From the sequence record SRR20825006_226: 64,000 bases of DNA; one strand, given 5' to 3'. The position numbers and the translations under genes are program-made. Of this stretch, positions 28,572 through 38,786 are shown one piece after another. The notes under the pieces are model-generated. The model saw only the letters and a list, made by a program, of their open reading frames with translations, had not been told where the DNA came from and searched no databases. Position 1 is the stretch's first letter. Each line of letters opens with the position of its first letter.

Positions 28572-29774
28572 ATGTCCAAAAATCTATTCAACATCGACGA
28601 CGCTCTACTCTTTGAATCTGAATTGAACGAAGAAGATCGTTTAATCATGGAAACTGCTCGTGATTACGCACAAAGCAAGTTAGAACCACGTGCTCTAAAA
28701 GGAAATACCGAAGAATATTTTGATATGGACATTGCCCTAGAAATGGGCGAAATGGGGTTGCTAGGTGTAACTGTTCCTGAACAATATGGTGGATCAGACG
28801 CTAGCCAAACCGCTTATGGTTTAGTAGCTCGCGAAGTAGAACGTGTTGACTCAGGCTATCGCTCTTTTATGAGTGTACAATCTTCTTTAGTTATGTACCC
28901 GATTACTACTTTCGGCACTGAGGAACAAAAGCAACGTTTCCTTCCAAAGCTTGCTACTGGCGAGTTAATTGGTTGCTTTGGACTAACTGAGCCAGATCAT
29001 GGTTCAGATCCTGGCTCTATGGTTACCACTGCTATTAAAACCGATGGCGGATGGATTATGAACGGTGCTAAAATGTGGATTACAAATTCACCTATCGCCG
29101 ATGTTGCCGTAGTTTGGGCAAAAGCAAAAGAATCTAAAGATGATGAAGGTGTAATTCGTGGTTTTCTTGTTGAAAAGGGAACCAAAGGTTTTTCAGCTCC
29201 TCATACTAAATTCAAAATGTCGTTGCGCGCCTCTGAAACAGGTGAGTTAGTGTTTGATGATGTTTTCGTTCCTGATGAAAATGTATTCCCAGACATTCGT
29301 GGTCTAAAAGGTCCATTTATGTGCTTAAACAGCGCTCGTTATGGTATCGCTTGGGGAACTGTTGGTGCCGCTGAATTTTGTTATCAAAAAGCTCGCCAAT
29401 ATGTGCTCGACCGTAAACAATTTGGCAAACCTTTGGCTGCAAATCAGCTTATCCAAACTAAACTGGCGAACATGCTTACTGATATTACTGCTATGCAAAT
29501 GTTTGTTCTAAGATTGGGCAAGCTTAAAGATGAAGGGCGAGATCATCCTTCAATGACCTCCCTAGCAAAACGTTTCAATTGTGGTAAAGCCTTAGAAATT
29601 GCCCGCGTTTCTAGAGATATGCACGGTGGAAATGGTATCGTTGGTGATTACAGAATCATTCATCATGTAATGAACTTAGAATCTGTAAACACTTACGAAG
29701 GAACCTATGATATTCATGGCTTAATTTTAGGTCGTGAAATTACTGGAATTCAATCTTTTACTCCGAAGGGTTAA
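28572..29774 (+). CDS. gcdH: Glutaryl-CoA dehydrogenase
   Basis: YGLVAREVERVDSGYRSFMSVQSSLVMYPI, CFGLTEPDHGSDP, KMWITNSPIAD, CLNSARYGIAWG, NLESVNTYEGTYDIH. Confidence 0.9.
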   Translation: MSKNLFNIDDALLFESELNEEDRLIMETARDYAQSKLEPRALKGNTEEYFDMDIALEMGEMGLLGVTVPEQYGGSDASQTAYGLVAREVERVDSGYRSFMSVQSSLVMYPITTFGTEEQKQRFLPKLATGELIGCFGLTEPDHGSDPGSMVTTAIKTDGGWIMNGAKMWITNSPIADVAVVWAKAKESKDDEGVIRGFLVEKGTKGFSAPHTKFKMSLRASETGELVFDDVFVPDENVFPDIRGLKGPFMCLNSARYGIAWGTVGAAEFCYQKARQYVLDRKQFGKPLAANQLIQTKLANMLTDITAMQMFVLRLGKLKDEGRDHPSMTSLAKRFNCGKALEIARVSRDMHGGNGIVGDYRIIHHVMNLESVNTYEGTYDIHGLILGREITGIQSFTPKG

Positions 29775-29785
29775 ACCCTTTGGAG
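29761..29785 (+). terminator. Hairpin overlapping the gcdH stop codon, possible terminator or processing stem
   Basis: CTCCGAAGGGTT/AACCCTTTGGAG, with only a weak U-tract. Confidence 0.4.
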
Positions 29786-29892
29786 ATTTCCATTTCTGAA
29801 TAATATCAACTCATTCTAAATTGCAGACTCTGTTTTACTGATAAGAGAATAATTCTATATTAAGGCAACTAACAAATTTTTTGGGAAACGCC

Positions 29893-30375
29893 ATGATTAA
29901 AAAAATTCTTCTCGCACTTGCTGTAATTCTAGTCATAATGCAGTTTTTCACTATTGATAAGTCGGTACCTGAAACCAATCCAGCTATAGACTTTATGAAT
30001 GTGACAAGCCCAACATCAGAAGTTGCTACGATTTTAAAGAATGGCTGTTATGACTGTCATTCTTATAACACTAAATATCCTTGGTACTCCAATGTAGCTC
30101 CCGTTTCTTGGTGGGTAAAAGACCACATTGACCATGGCAGAGACGAACTCAACTTTTCTTTATGGGGAAGTTATTCTGCCAAAAGAGCTGACCACAAACT
30201 AGAAGAATCTTCTGAAATGGTTCTAGAAGAAGAAATGCCACTTCCTTCTTACACATGGATTCATGGAGATGCTAAGTTAAGTACAGAAGAACGCACATTA
30301 CTTGCCAACTGGTTTGATGATTTACGTGCTACAATGGTAATTCCTGTTGATAGTACAGAGGACCATGGCGAATAA
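29893..30375 (+). CDS. Haem-binding domain protein (single CxxCH cytochrome c-like)
   Basis: N-terminal TM, CYDCH, YPWYSNVAPVSWW, GRDELNFS, EMPLPSY; ATG 29893. Confidence 0.85.
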   Translation: MIKKILLALAVILVIMQFFTIDKSVPETNPAIDFMNVTSPTSEVATILKNGCYDCHSYNTKYPWYSNVAPVSWWVKDHIDHGRDELNFSLWGSYSAKRADHKLEESSEMVLEEEMPLPSYTWIHGDAKLSTEERTLLANWFDDLRATMVIPVDSTEDHGE

Positions 30376-30380
30376 TTATT

Positions 30381-30950
30381 TTGAACCAACTCTTAAATGA
30401 CATTGCATATTGCACGGTTTGTTCAGAATATTTACCACTTGGCCCAAGACCAATTGTTGCAGCATCTCCTTTAAGCAAAATTGTAATTATTGGGCAAGCT
30501 CCCGGCTTAAAAGTTCATAAGTCGGGAATCCCATGGGATGACAAAAGTGGTGATCGTCTTCGAGAATGGATGGGTATTGATAAAGACACCTTCTACAACC
30601 CCGCTAAAATTGCGATAATCCCAATGGGATTCTGCTATCCAGGAAAAGGTAAATCTGGTGACTTACCTCCAAGAAAAGAATGTGCTCCACTTTGGCATCA
30701 TTTACTTTTTGAGATGATGGAAGATGTAAAGTTGATCTTACTAGTTGGACAATACGCTCAGAAGTATTATTTAAAAGACAGGGCGAAAGCTACGTTAACA
30801 GAAACAGTAAGAAATTATACAGAGTATCTCCCCGATTTTCTTCCAATACCCCATCCATCCCCTAGAAATAATATTTGGCTTAAAAAGAACGCTTGGTTTG
30901 AAAGAGAGCTCGTTCCAAAATTGGAATACATAGTTAAACAGCATATTTAA
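30381..30950 (+). CDS. Uracil-DNA glycosylase superfamily protein
   Basis: CTVC, IIGQAPG, PWDDKSGDRLREW, GFCYPG, PHPSPRN; TTG start. Confidence 0.88.
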   Translation: MNQLLNDIAYCTVCSEYLPLGPRPIVAASPLSKIVIIGQAPGLKVHKSGIPWDDKSGDRLREWMGIDKDTFYNPAKIAIIPMGFCYPGKGKSGDLPPRKECAPLWHHLLFEMMEDVKLILLVGQYAQKYYLKDRAKATLTETVRNYTEYLPDFLPIPHPSPRNNIWLKKNAWFERELVPKLEYIVKQHI

Positions 30951-31033
30951 AGCCTCTCTTTTTTTGAATTATATTCAGTTAGTTCTGCAACTAACACCTC
31001 CATGAATTACCTTTCACGAAATAAGGACGGCAT

Positions 31034-31537
31034 ATGGATATCGCACAAAAGTTAAAAGACAATACAAACGCATTCATCTCGATAATAGAGAACTTTCCAG
31101 ATCAATTTTTCAATAGTAAACCATCACAAGGGGTTTGGTCTGCTGCTGAAATAACAGAGCATATGATTCGTTCTGAATTTGGTTTATCTAGGCTTTTTAA
31201 TGGAGAGACAAAAAAGCAAGACGATTACGACGGTATTGTAATGGAACGTGCCATAAAGGAAAAACTATTGAACATGGAGAATAAAGTTCAAGCTCCATCT
31301 ATCATCCAACCTACAGCTGGAGAGAAAAGTAAAAGCGAGTTGATTACCAAGTTTAGTGCAATTAGAAAAGAGTTGCTCAATAATATTGAGACTATGGACA
31401 ATGAAGTTATCTGTTTAAAATATCCACATCCCCTTTTTGGCTATCTAAGTAGAAAGGACTGGGCTTATAGCAGTATTTATCATTGCCAGCGTCACATAAT
31501 GCAAGTAAATGATATTTTAACTCAAATTAATAAATAG
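31034..31537 (+). CDS. DinB-superfamily protein
   Basis: WSAAEITEHM, HPLFG, HCQRH. Confidence 0.8.
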   Translation: MDIAQKLKDNTNAFISIIENFPDQFFNSKPSQGVWSAAEITEHMIRSEFGLSRLFNGETKKQDDYDGIVMERAIKEKLLNMENKVQAPSIIQPTAGEKSKSELITKFSAIRKELLNNIETMDNEVICLKYPHPLFGYLSRKDWAYSSIYHCQRHIMQVNDILTQINK

Positions 31538-31606
31538 TCGCTCTCTTATTTGATTTTAGCGAAGTATATTAGAAAAAAGTCAGCATATATAAGAATACAG
31601 ATTTAG

Positions 31607-32554
31607 ATGAGAAAAACGGGTTTTTTAGGAATTTTACTTTCACTTATAGCAATATCTTCTGCAACAGCACAAGACATTCAGCGTCTTAATATCACTTTTG
31701 AAAGCGCTGGTTATACTATGCATGGCGAGCTCATAATGCCACAGAAGCAAGACAGCGTGCCAATGATTGTGTTTCTTCTAGGAGCAGGTGCGAACTCTTC
31801 TTATAGAACGCTGTATAAATCTTTTGTAGAAGAAAATCTTGAAGCTCTTTTTTTAAGTGAAGGATATGGAATCCTCTATTTTGACAAACGAGGCGTAGGC
31901 GACTCTGAAGGAAAATGGCACAAAACGGATATCTATGAACGCGCTGATGATGCTAAAGCCGCAATCGATTTCCTAAAAACAGTTAAAGCTGTTGATAGTT
32001 CTCGTATTGGATTGGTTGGTCACAGCCAAGGTGGTTGGGTTGCTCAAGTAGCGGGAGCTTTGTACCCTAACGACATAAAGATGACTGTTTCTCTTGCAGC
32101 ACCTGTTTTTAGCACGCAAATGAGCTTAACCAACATCTACTATAGCGAGTACATTTGTGAAGGCGACGAGAAAGAAAAAGCTTTCGAAAATGCAACCAAG
32201 AAAGCACGTTCTGATTTAAACTGGGTAGATTGGTTCCCTTTAAAAAAAGCATGGCGCCATTTAAAAGAAATTGCTGAGTTCGATCCTAGCAATGAGTTAA
32301 AAAACCTAACCGTTCCATCATTCTTTGTTTTTGCTGATAATGACAATATGGTTTATCCAGGCTGGGCGATAAATAGTTTGAACGAGTTATTCCCAAATGG
32401 AATTCCAGACAACTATACTCTTCAAATCATTCCAGGTGCAAATCACGACTTTAAGACTGCTCCAATGTGCGCTGACAACGATGAAGTTACCACCGCTCCA
32501 TATTCACAATATTTTAAGCAAGTTTTCAAGTCGTGGGTAACCAGTCACTTATAA
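31607..32554 (+). CDS. Exported alpha/beta hydrolase
   Basis: Signal peptide, DKRGVGDSEG, GHSQGG nucleophile elbow, D (DNDNMV) and H (GANH). Confidence 0.85.
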   Translation: MRKTGFLGILLSLIAISSATAQDIQRLNITFESAGYTMHGELIMPQKQDSVPMIVFLLGAGANSSYRTLYKSFVEENLEALFLSEGYGILYFDKRGVGDSEGKWHKTDIYERADDAKAAIDFLKTVKAVDSSRIGLVGHSQGGWVAQVAGALYPNDIKMTVSLAAPVFSTQMSLTNIYYSEYICEGDEKEKAFENATKKARSDLNWVDWFPLKKAWRHLKEIAEFDPSNELKNLTVPSFFVFADNDNMVYPGWAINSLNELFPNGIPDNYTLQIIPGANHDFKTAPMCADNDEVTTAPYSQYFKQVFKSWVTSHL

Positions 32555-32626
32555 ACAATACTCTCCGCTTCTTACTAAATATTTTAAGAGTATAGCATTG
32601 AACAAGTTACACTAAAAGAGAACCTG

Positions 32627-34630
32627 CTAGTTTTCCCAATATGCATACTTCACTTTGTCGCCAACAATAATTTTGTCCACTACATCTAGACCTTCTATTA
32701 CTTCCCCAATTATTGTATAGCGCCCATTCAAGTGCGGTGACCATTGATGCATTGCGAAGTACTGGCTGCCTTCGGTATCCGTACCAGCACTTGCAATACC
32801 AACTACGCCTCTTTCATATTGTTTTGCACTTGCTTCTGTAGGCACAACATAATCAGGGCCGCCGAAGCCATCACCAGTCTCAACATCTCCACCTTGAATA
32901 ACAAAATTTTGTGCAACTCTATGAAACGCAACGTCATTATAATCTCCAGCAAAAGCTAAGCTATCCATTCCTGAAATTGTTGCTGGAGCTGCTAGCACAT
33001 CCATTTTTATTTTTATATTTCCTTTAGAAGTTTGCAATACATAAGTCGGATTTTCACCTAACTCTGCAAGTCTTTTCCAGTCGGGTTTTCTAAATTTAGT
33101 TGGACTACCTTCAACCACTTCTACATCCCAACCTTGGTTAGCTAAGGTGTTATTTAATGCTGTATTTCCTTTTGAAGCAAGGGAATCGATTAAAGCTAAA
33201 GCTTCATTTTCAAATCGTTTTTTGAGGATATCAGAAACACTTTGATATACTTCAACATCTTCAGGTAAACTAAACCTTGCTAGCATTGCCTCTAGTTTTG
33301 AGAACTCAGTATCTCCGATTATATCTTTATCCATAAAAAGGCTAGTTAAGCCATATATCATTGAACGATCGGCAATTTCTAAACTATTAAATACAATGCT
33401 CCGCGCTTCTGAAATTCGTTGTGGTGTTTTAAAAGTTTTGTCTACTGAACCCCACCAGCTCGTAAATTCATTGATAGCAAACAGTCGATTAAAACGTTTT
33501 TCCGAGTTTACATCCTCTCTTAGTAAACTAAAGAAATCTTCATCAGACAATGTCTTTTTCAACACAGAATACTTCACCGTTTGCAGATAAGGATCATCTC
33601 CTGCCAAATTTCTTACCATTGTTAATAAACTAGCAGGGTCGTTAATGGTGTTTAGACCTTCCAACCTCACAGCTGGCTCTAACGACCCATTTCCTGCAAC
33701 TTTAGAACGTATTACGCTATTCAGTTTAGTAACGTAATTCTCTTTTCCTTGAAGAGTTTTTAAAGCGGCAATTATTACGTTGGGATTTTTATGATCTAAT
33801 AGTGTGCTCAATACCAATATAGAATGTTCATTATCATCTGCCGTTTTAATTCCTTTTGCAATTTCAATTGCTAACTGAACATTCATTACTGAGTAAACAT
33901 CTAAATCATAATGGTACAATACATTCTTGGAGTAGTTTTTCATCAAAATTTTAACCACAAATTGATCCAGCAAATCGTTCTGTAAAGCGTCTTCCCACCG
34001 GTACAATAAATCTTTTTCTACTTCTGCACTCAGCTCAATATTATTTCGATAAAACCCATACAAATACGATCGTCCAATTTTAGGGCTAGAACTTTCAAAA
34101 GTTTTCCGAACTATTTGTAATTGTTGAGTACTTGATGTTGGCAACTTTCCCGTAAGCTCACCTACGGCATAAGCTATCACAAACTCTAGCTCATCATCGC
34201 TCTTCTCAACTTCAGTATCTAACAACATTGAAAGTGCGCGTTCAGTCCCATTTTTCCCAAGCACTGTAGCCAAACCAACTCTTAATTCAGGGTTAGTTTC
34301 CCAAAGGTTCTCAAGCTCAGAAACCAAGTCTTCGTCTAAATCTTTATACCATAATGAAGCCCACGCCGCTTTAGAATTGTCTTCGATAACTTTATCTACA
34401 AGAGCACTTAAATTGCTACTCGGTGTGCTAATCATGGCGTTCCATGCTTGCAGACGAACTAAGGAGTCACGATGTGTTGTAAACTTCAGAATCTCAACTT
34501 CATCCCGGTCAAAGATTGACATATATAAACCTGGATATTCTTCGGTTATAATTTTTTCAAAATACTGGTTTGAGTTACCACAACTTGATGATGAAATTAC
34601 TAAAACAGCAATGAATAAATATTTATACAT
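32627..34630 (-). CDS. Lipoprotein with HEAT-like repeats and C-terminal cyclophilin PPIase domain
   Basis: Lipobox SSSC; FHRVAQNFVIQGGD, GIASAGTDTEGSQYF, HLNGRYTIIG; ATG 34630 preferred. Confidence 0.82.
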   Translation of the reverse strand: MYKYLFIAVLVISSSSCGNSNQYFEKIITEEYPGLYMSIFDRDEVEILKFTTHRDSLVRLQAWNAMISTPSSNLSALVDKVIEDNSKAAWASLWYKDLDEDLVSELENLWETNPELRVGLATVLGKNGTERALSMLLDTEVEKSDDELEFVIAYAVGELTGKLPTSSTQQLQIVRKTFESSSPKIGRSYLYGFYRNNIELSAEVEKDLLYRWEDALQNDLLDQFVVKILMKNYSKNVLYHYDLDVYSVMNVQLAIEIAKGIKTADDNEHSILVLSTLLDHKNPNVIIAALKTLQGKENYVTKLNSVIRSKVAGNGSLEPAVRLEGLNTINDPASLLTMVRNLAGDDPYLQTVKYSVLKKTLSDEDFFSLLREDVNSEKRFNRLFAINEFTSWWGSVDKTFKTPQRISEARSIVFNSLEIADRSMIYGLTSLFMDKDIIGDTEFSKLEAMLARFSLPEDVEVYQSVSDILKKRFENEALALIDSLASKGNTALNNTLANQGWDVEVVEGSPTKFRKPDWKRLAELGENPTYVLQTSKGNIKIKMDVLAAPATISGMDSLAFAGDYNDVAFHRVAQNFVIQGGDVETGDGFGGPDYVVPTEASAKQYERGVVGIASAGTDTEGSQYFAMHQWSPHLNGRYTIIGEVIEGLDVVDKIIVGDKVKYAYWEN

Positions 34631-34696
34631 AGTTTGCACACATTTGTTATTGACCTTAACTCTGAAATTCCGTTATTTGCACATACTTCACACATA
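34626..34696 (+). promoter_or_regulatory. Two direct-repeat boxes upstream of lexA, candidate LexA operators
   Basis: TACATA-N5-CACACA (34626-34642) and CACATA-N5-CACATA (34680-34696), flanking a TTGACC (34650) putative -35. Confidence 0.55.
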
Positions 34697-34709
34697 AAGC
34701 AACTACATT

Positions 34710-35366
34710 ATGGATAATGCGCATTTAACAAGAAAACAGCAGGAATTTTTTAATTTTATCTTAGAGTATAAGAAAGAATATGATGTTTGGCCTACCTATA
34801 GAGAAATTGCCGATCATTTTGGCTTTAAATCTCCTAATAGCGTAACCCAAAATATTCAAGCTTTACTTAAAAAAGGATATTTGGTTAAACGTAATGATGA
34901 AGAGTATGATTTAGCACCTACGCAAAAAGACTCCCTCTTTGATCAAGATAACGAACCTGGAATTCCCGTACGAGGTCTTATTGCAGCTGGTTTTCTTCAA
35001 GAAGCTGTTGAAGCCGATTTGGGTTCAATAACTCTTGCTACATTATTTCCAAATTTAGACAAGATTTTCGCATTACGTGTTTCTGGGTTCAGCATGAAAG
35101 ATGTTGATATTTATGATGGCGACTTTGTTCTACTCATGGATACCGACGTCCAAAACGGAGATATTGGAGCGGTTCTTTATAATGGCGAAACAAGTTTAAA
35201 GAAAATATTTTGGGATGATAATGGCCTCCGATTAGAAGCTGCCAATGAGGCTTACGACGATATTATCATTGAACCCGATGTTTTTGAAGAAGTTCGTATA
35301 ATTGGTAAGTATATCGGACACGTGAACCGCCAGGGCTTCCACAGAGCATCTTCAAAAGTAGCATAA
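34710..35366 (+). CDS. lexA: SOS repressor LexA
   Basis: LTRKQQE...PTYREIADHFGFKSPNSV wHTH, IAAG cleavage site, VSGFSM catalytic Ser, TSLKK catalytic Lys. Confidence 0.93.
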   Translation: MDNAHLTRKQQEFFNFILEYKKEYDVWPTYREIADHFGFKSPNSVTQNIQALLKKGYLVKRNDEEYDLAPTQKDSLFDQDNEPGIPVRGLIAAGFLQEAVEADLGSITLATLFPNLDKIFALRVSGFSMKDVDIYDGDFVLLMDTDVQNGDIGAVLYNGETSLKKIFWDDNGLRLEAANEAYDDIIIEPDVFEEVRIIGKYIGHVNRQGFHRASSKVA

Positions 35367-35530
35367 ATACAATTGAGCCCCTGCATAATACTTAGTTGAA
35401 TTTTTGGAATATCCCATTCTAATAGATTTACAAAACTATTATTAAAAAGCGTAATTATAGAGTTATCTAGCGCATACCAAAATTAATAGTAATTTATCTG
35501 CTATTTATTAAGGTTCTAATGCTTTTTTGC

Positions 35531-35561
35531 TTTGTTTTATCCTAACTATCAGTTATCTTTG
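35531..35561 (+). promoter_or_regulatory. Bacteroidota-type housekeeping promoter for rplU-rpmA
   Basis: TTTG (35531)-N19-TATCTTTG (35554-35561) matches the -33 TTTG / -7 TAnnTTTG consensus. Confidence 0.55.
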
Positions 35562-35598
35562 CAAGCTCTTGAAAATCATAAAAGAAATTATTTAGGCC

Positions 35599-35970
35599 AT
35601 GTACGCTATAGTTGAAATCGGCGGACACCAATATAAAGTAGCTGAGAAAGATGTTTTGTTTGTAGACAAGCAAAACTCTGAAAATGACAAGCTAACTTTT
35701 GAGAATGTTCTTCTTGTTAAAGACGGCAAAGGTGCTGTTAAAGTTGGTACACCTGTTGTTAAAGGTGCAACAGTTACTGCAACTCTTATTGATAATGTGA
35801 AAGCAGACAAGGTTCTGGTTTTCAAAAAGAAACGCCGTAAAGGATATCAAAAATTGAACGGACATCGTCAAATGATGTCTCAAATTCAGATTCAGAAAAT
35901 TTCTGCTTCAGCTCCTGCAAAAAAAGCTGCTGCTAAGAAAGCTGAACCTAAAACCGAAGATAAGGATTAA
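35599..35970 (+). CDS. rplU: 50S ribosomal protein L21
   Basis: MYAIVEIGGHQYKV...VFKKKRRKGY...GHRQ, Ala/Lys-rich tail. Confidence 0.98.
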   Translation: MYAIVEIGGHQYKVAEKDVLFVDKQNSENDKLTFENVLLVKDGKGAVKVGTPVVKGATVTATLIDNVKADKVLVFKKKRRKGYQKLNGHRQMMSQIQIQKISASAPAKKAAAKKAEPKTEDKD

Positions 35971-35973
35971 GAA

Positions 35974-36231
35974 ATGGCACATAAGAAAGGTCAAGGTTCT
36001 ACCAGAAACGGTCGTGATTCGGAAAGTAAACGTTTAGGCGTTAAGAAATTCGGTGGAGAGTTCGTTCGTTCGGGTGGTATTATCATCCGTCAACGTGGAA
36101 CTAAATTCCATCCTGGTGATAATGTTATGCGTGGTGGCGATGATACATTATTTTCAGTAGCTGATGGGCACGTTAAATTTTCTGTAAGCACTGGCGGAAG
36201 AAAATTCGTAAACGTAGATCCTGCTAATTAA
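35974..36231 (+). CDS. rpmA: 50S ribosomal protein L27
   Basis: [24 protein letters not shown]...[10 protein letters not shown]. Confidence 0.98.
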   Translation: MAHKKGQGSTRNGRDSESKRLGVKKFGGEFVRSGGIIIRQRGTKFHPGDNVMRGGDDTLFSVADGHVKFSVSTGGRKFVNVDPAN

Positions 36232-36253
36232 TCTGATTAGCAAATCATTTTTT

Positions 36254-36287
36254 AAAAGCCTTAACTCGCTGAGTTAAGGCTTTTTTT
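36254..36287 (+). terminator. Intrinsic terminator after rpmA
   Basis: AAAAGCCTTAACTC-gct-GAGTTAAGGCTTTTTTT. Confidence 0.88.
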
Positions 36288-36300
36288 ATATCTTACAGTT

Positions 36301-36957
36301 ATGGAAAAAACACTACATATTCCCCGTTTAGATATACCGATAAAATCTATTTTTTGCATCGGGAGAAACTACTCCGAACATGCAAAGGAATTAGGAAATG
36401 CCGTACCAGAAGAGCCTATAGTTTTTTTAAAGCCTTTAAATACTATCTGCTTTGATGGTGATACTATTTCGATTCCCTCTCAAAGTAAAGATGTTCACCA
36501 CGAAGTAGAAATGGTAATAGCCATTGGAAAGACTGGAAAAAACATCAAACAAGAAGAAGCCCTAGATTACATTGTAGGAATTGGAGTTGGAATAGATTTA
36601 ACGGCTAGAGATATTCAACAAAAGGCTAAAGAAAAAGGACTCCCTTGGGCTATCGCAAAAGGGTTTGATACCTTCGCTCCAATAAGTGAGTTTGTGCCTT
36701 TAGTTGAGGTTCCTTCTATAAACAATCTTGATCTGGAGTTAAAAGTTAATGGACAAGTTCGCCAAACTGGGAACACTTTAAATATGATTTTTTCTTGTGA
36801 GTATTTAATCAGTTATTTGTCTACCATTTTTACACTCAATCCAGGAGATTTAATATTCACTGGTACGCCAAAAGGTGTCTCTGCTATACAAACTGGTGAT
36901 AAAATTGAAGCATCTTTAAACCGCAACCTTGCTAATCTTTCTTTGAGCGTAGAATAA
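36301..36957 (+). CDS. Fumarylacetoacetate hydrolase family protein (FAHD1/YcgM-like)
   Basis: CIGRNYSEHAKEL, FLKP, HHEVE, DLTARD, WAIAKGFDT, GDLIFTGTPKGV. Confidence 0.92.
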   Translation: MEKTLHIPRLDIPIKSIFCIGRNYSEHAKELGNAVPEEPIVFLKPLNTICFDGDTISIPSQSKDVHHEVEMVIAIGKTGKNIKQEEALDYIVGIGVGIDLTARDIQQKAKEKGLPWAIAKGFDTFAPISEFVPLVEVPSINNLDLELKVNGQVRQTGNTLNMIFSCEYLISYLSTIFTLNPGDLIFTGTPKGVSAIQTGDKIEASLNRNLANLSLSVE

Positions 36958-36959
36958 TT

Positions 36960-38780
36960 TTGAAGCAATTCTATTTCCTATTTTTTATTGTTCTGATACC
37001 GAAAATCAGCCAATCTCAGCTCCTTGATACCACACATATCTGGCCCACTAATGCAGGCCAATTTCTGTCTTCTACTTTTGGTGAAACTCGTTCTGCCCAT
37101 TTTCACGCTGGACTAGATATAAAAACATGGGGAAGGGAAGGATATAAAGTATATGCAACTAGAGGAGGAGTTATAAGTCGCTTATCGATAACTAATACTG
37201 GTTATGGAAAGGCTATTTACCTTAAACATGATGATGGTACTTACACCGTTTATGCTCACCTTCAGCGTTTCACCAGCAGATTTCAACAAAAAGCAGATAG
37301 CGTTCGGTTAGAAACTTATTCTTATGAGATGGACGGATTTTTCGAACCCGATGAGATTTATGTAAGACAAGGTGAGGTTATTGGTTACACAGGATCTACT
37401 GGAATTGGACCACCACATTTGCATTACGAAATTCGAAACGAAAAAAACGAACCTATCAACCCGCTAAGTTCCAATCTTTTTGTTATAGATACTGTATCTC
37501 CAACTTTTAGATCCATTTTGGTAGAGCCTTTAACGCCAACAACCACTATTGAGGGGCAGTTACTCCCCAAAAAATTTTCCCCTAAAAGAGTGAGCCCAGG
37601 CATATATGACGCAGGGGAAATATCAGTTAGTGGCACGGTAGGGATTAGTGTAAATGTATATGACGGAGCCGATCAGGTGTATAACAAATATGCTATTTAT
37701 GAACTTATTCTCTTATCAGGATCCGACACTTTATTTGTCGAAAAGCTTCAGCGTTTTAATTTCGACCAAGCTGATAACATGTTCCTTGACCGAACAAAAT
37801 CCCCGACTTCAAGAAGTCGCTCTTATCAACGTTTATTTTTAAAGGATGATGCAGACAATCCATTTGTTATATCGCACCAAAATAATGTTGATGGCACTTT
37901 TAATGAGCCGTATACCATCATTGCTAGAGACTACTATGGAAATACGTCTACCGCAACTCTTAAATTTATTCCAGACATTCCCCAGTCTATTAAAGAGTCG
38001 ACACCTACCATTTCGAAATTGAAAGATGCTTACTGGCATGAGGATTGGGTTGATTTTGCTGATACAACTTATCTAGATTTGAAAAATTTCAGCTACGGCA
38101 CACTTTGGGATTCTACAATCAATCAGAGAATTATAGAACCGTTAGTCGACTTAAATACCACTCTAGCACGAATAAATCCAAATGCTAAATCGGTAGTAAC
38201 AACTCCTGATTATAGACTAACAACTACCTTTCCTGAACGTAGCTTTTTTGACACTTTAAGTATTTTACAATCTTATACGCTAAACGGCGACACTCTTCAG
38301 ATAGATTTACTACCAGAAAACTTGCCTATCAGAAATGCTTTTGCGCTACAAATTTATGTTGGAGATTTTTTAACCGATTCAGATCGTGTTAATCTATACA
38401 GTTACAATCCCAGTAGTGGCAAACTATCATTCATAAACACACAAGTATCCGGGAATACAATTTATGCCTCAACATCTTCTTTTGGAGCATTTAGATTAGC
38501 TCAAGATACTCTCCCTCCAACTATTAACCAGCCAATATACCATCGATTAGATAACGGTGAACGGGTATTTTCCATAAAAGCCAATGATTCATTATCAGGC
38601 ATAGATTTTACTACAGCAGTTTTCATTATCAATAAAGAAAGAGGGATTGCTGAATTTGATTACGAAAACAATGAGTTTACCTTTTATTTACCTGGCTTTG
38701 TACCAAAAAAGGTAAATGAGATATATTTTCAAGTAAAAGACAGAGCTGGAAATATTTCTGAGGCTATCTTCCAGCTCTAA
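36960..38780 (+). CDS. M23 family metallopeptidase, exported
   Basis: FGETRSAHFHAGLD, YAHL, GSTGIGPPHLHYEIR; TTG start. Confidence 0.85.
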   Translation: MKQFYFLFFIVLIPKISQSQLLDTTHIWPTNAGQFLSSTFGETRSAHFHAGLDIKTWGREGYKVYATRGGVISRLSITNTGYGKAIYLKHDDGTYTVYAHLQRFTSRFQQKADSVRLETYSYEMDGFFEPDEIYVRQGEVIGYTGSTGIGPPHLHYEIRNEKNEPINPLSSNLFVIDTVSPTFRSILVEPLTPTTTIEGQLLPKKFSPKRVSPGIYDAGEISVSGTVGISVNVYDGADQVYNKYAIYELILLSGSDTLFVEKLQRFNFDQADNMFLDRTKSPTSRSRSYQRLFLKDDADNPFVISHQNNVDGTFNEPYTIIARDYYGNTSTATLKFIPDIPQSIKESTPTISKLKDAYWHEDWVDFADTTYLDLKNFSYGTLWDSTINQRIIEPLVDLNTTLARINPNAKSVVTTPDYRLTTTFPERSFFDTLSILQSYTLNGDTLQIDLLPENLPIRNAFALQIYVGDFLTDSDRVNLYSYNPSSGKLSFINTQVSGNTIYASTSSFGAFRLAQDTLPPTINQPIYHRLDNGERVFSIKANDSLSGIDFTTAVFIINKERGIAEFDYENNEFTFYLPGFVPKKVNEIYFQVKDRAGNISEAIFQL

Positions 38781-38786
38781 TTTTGA

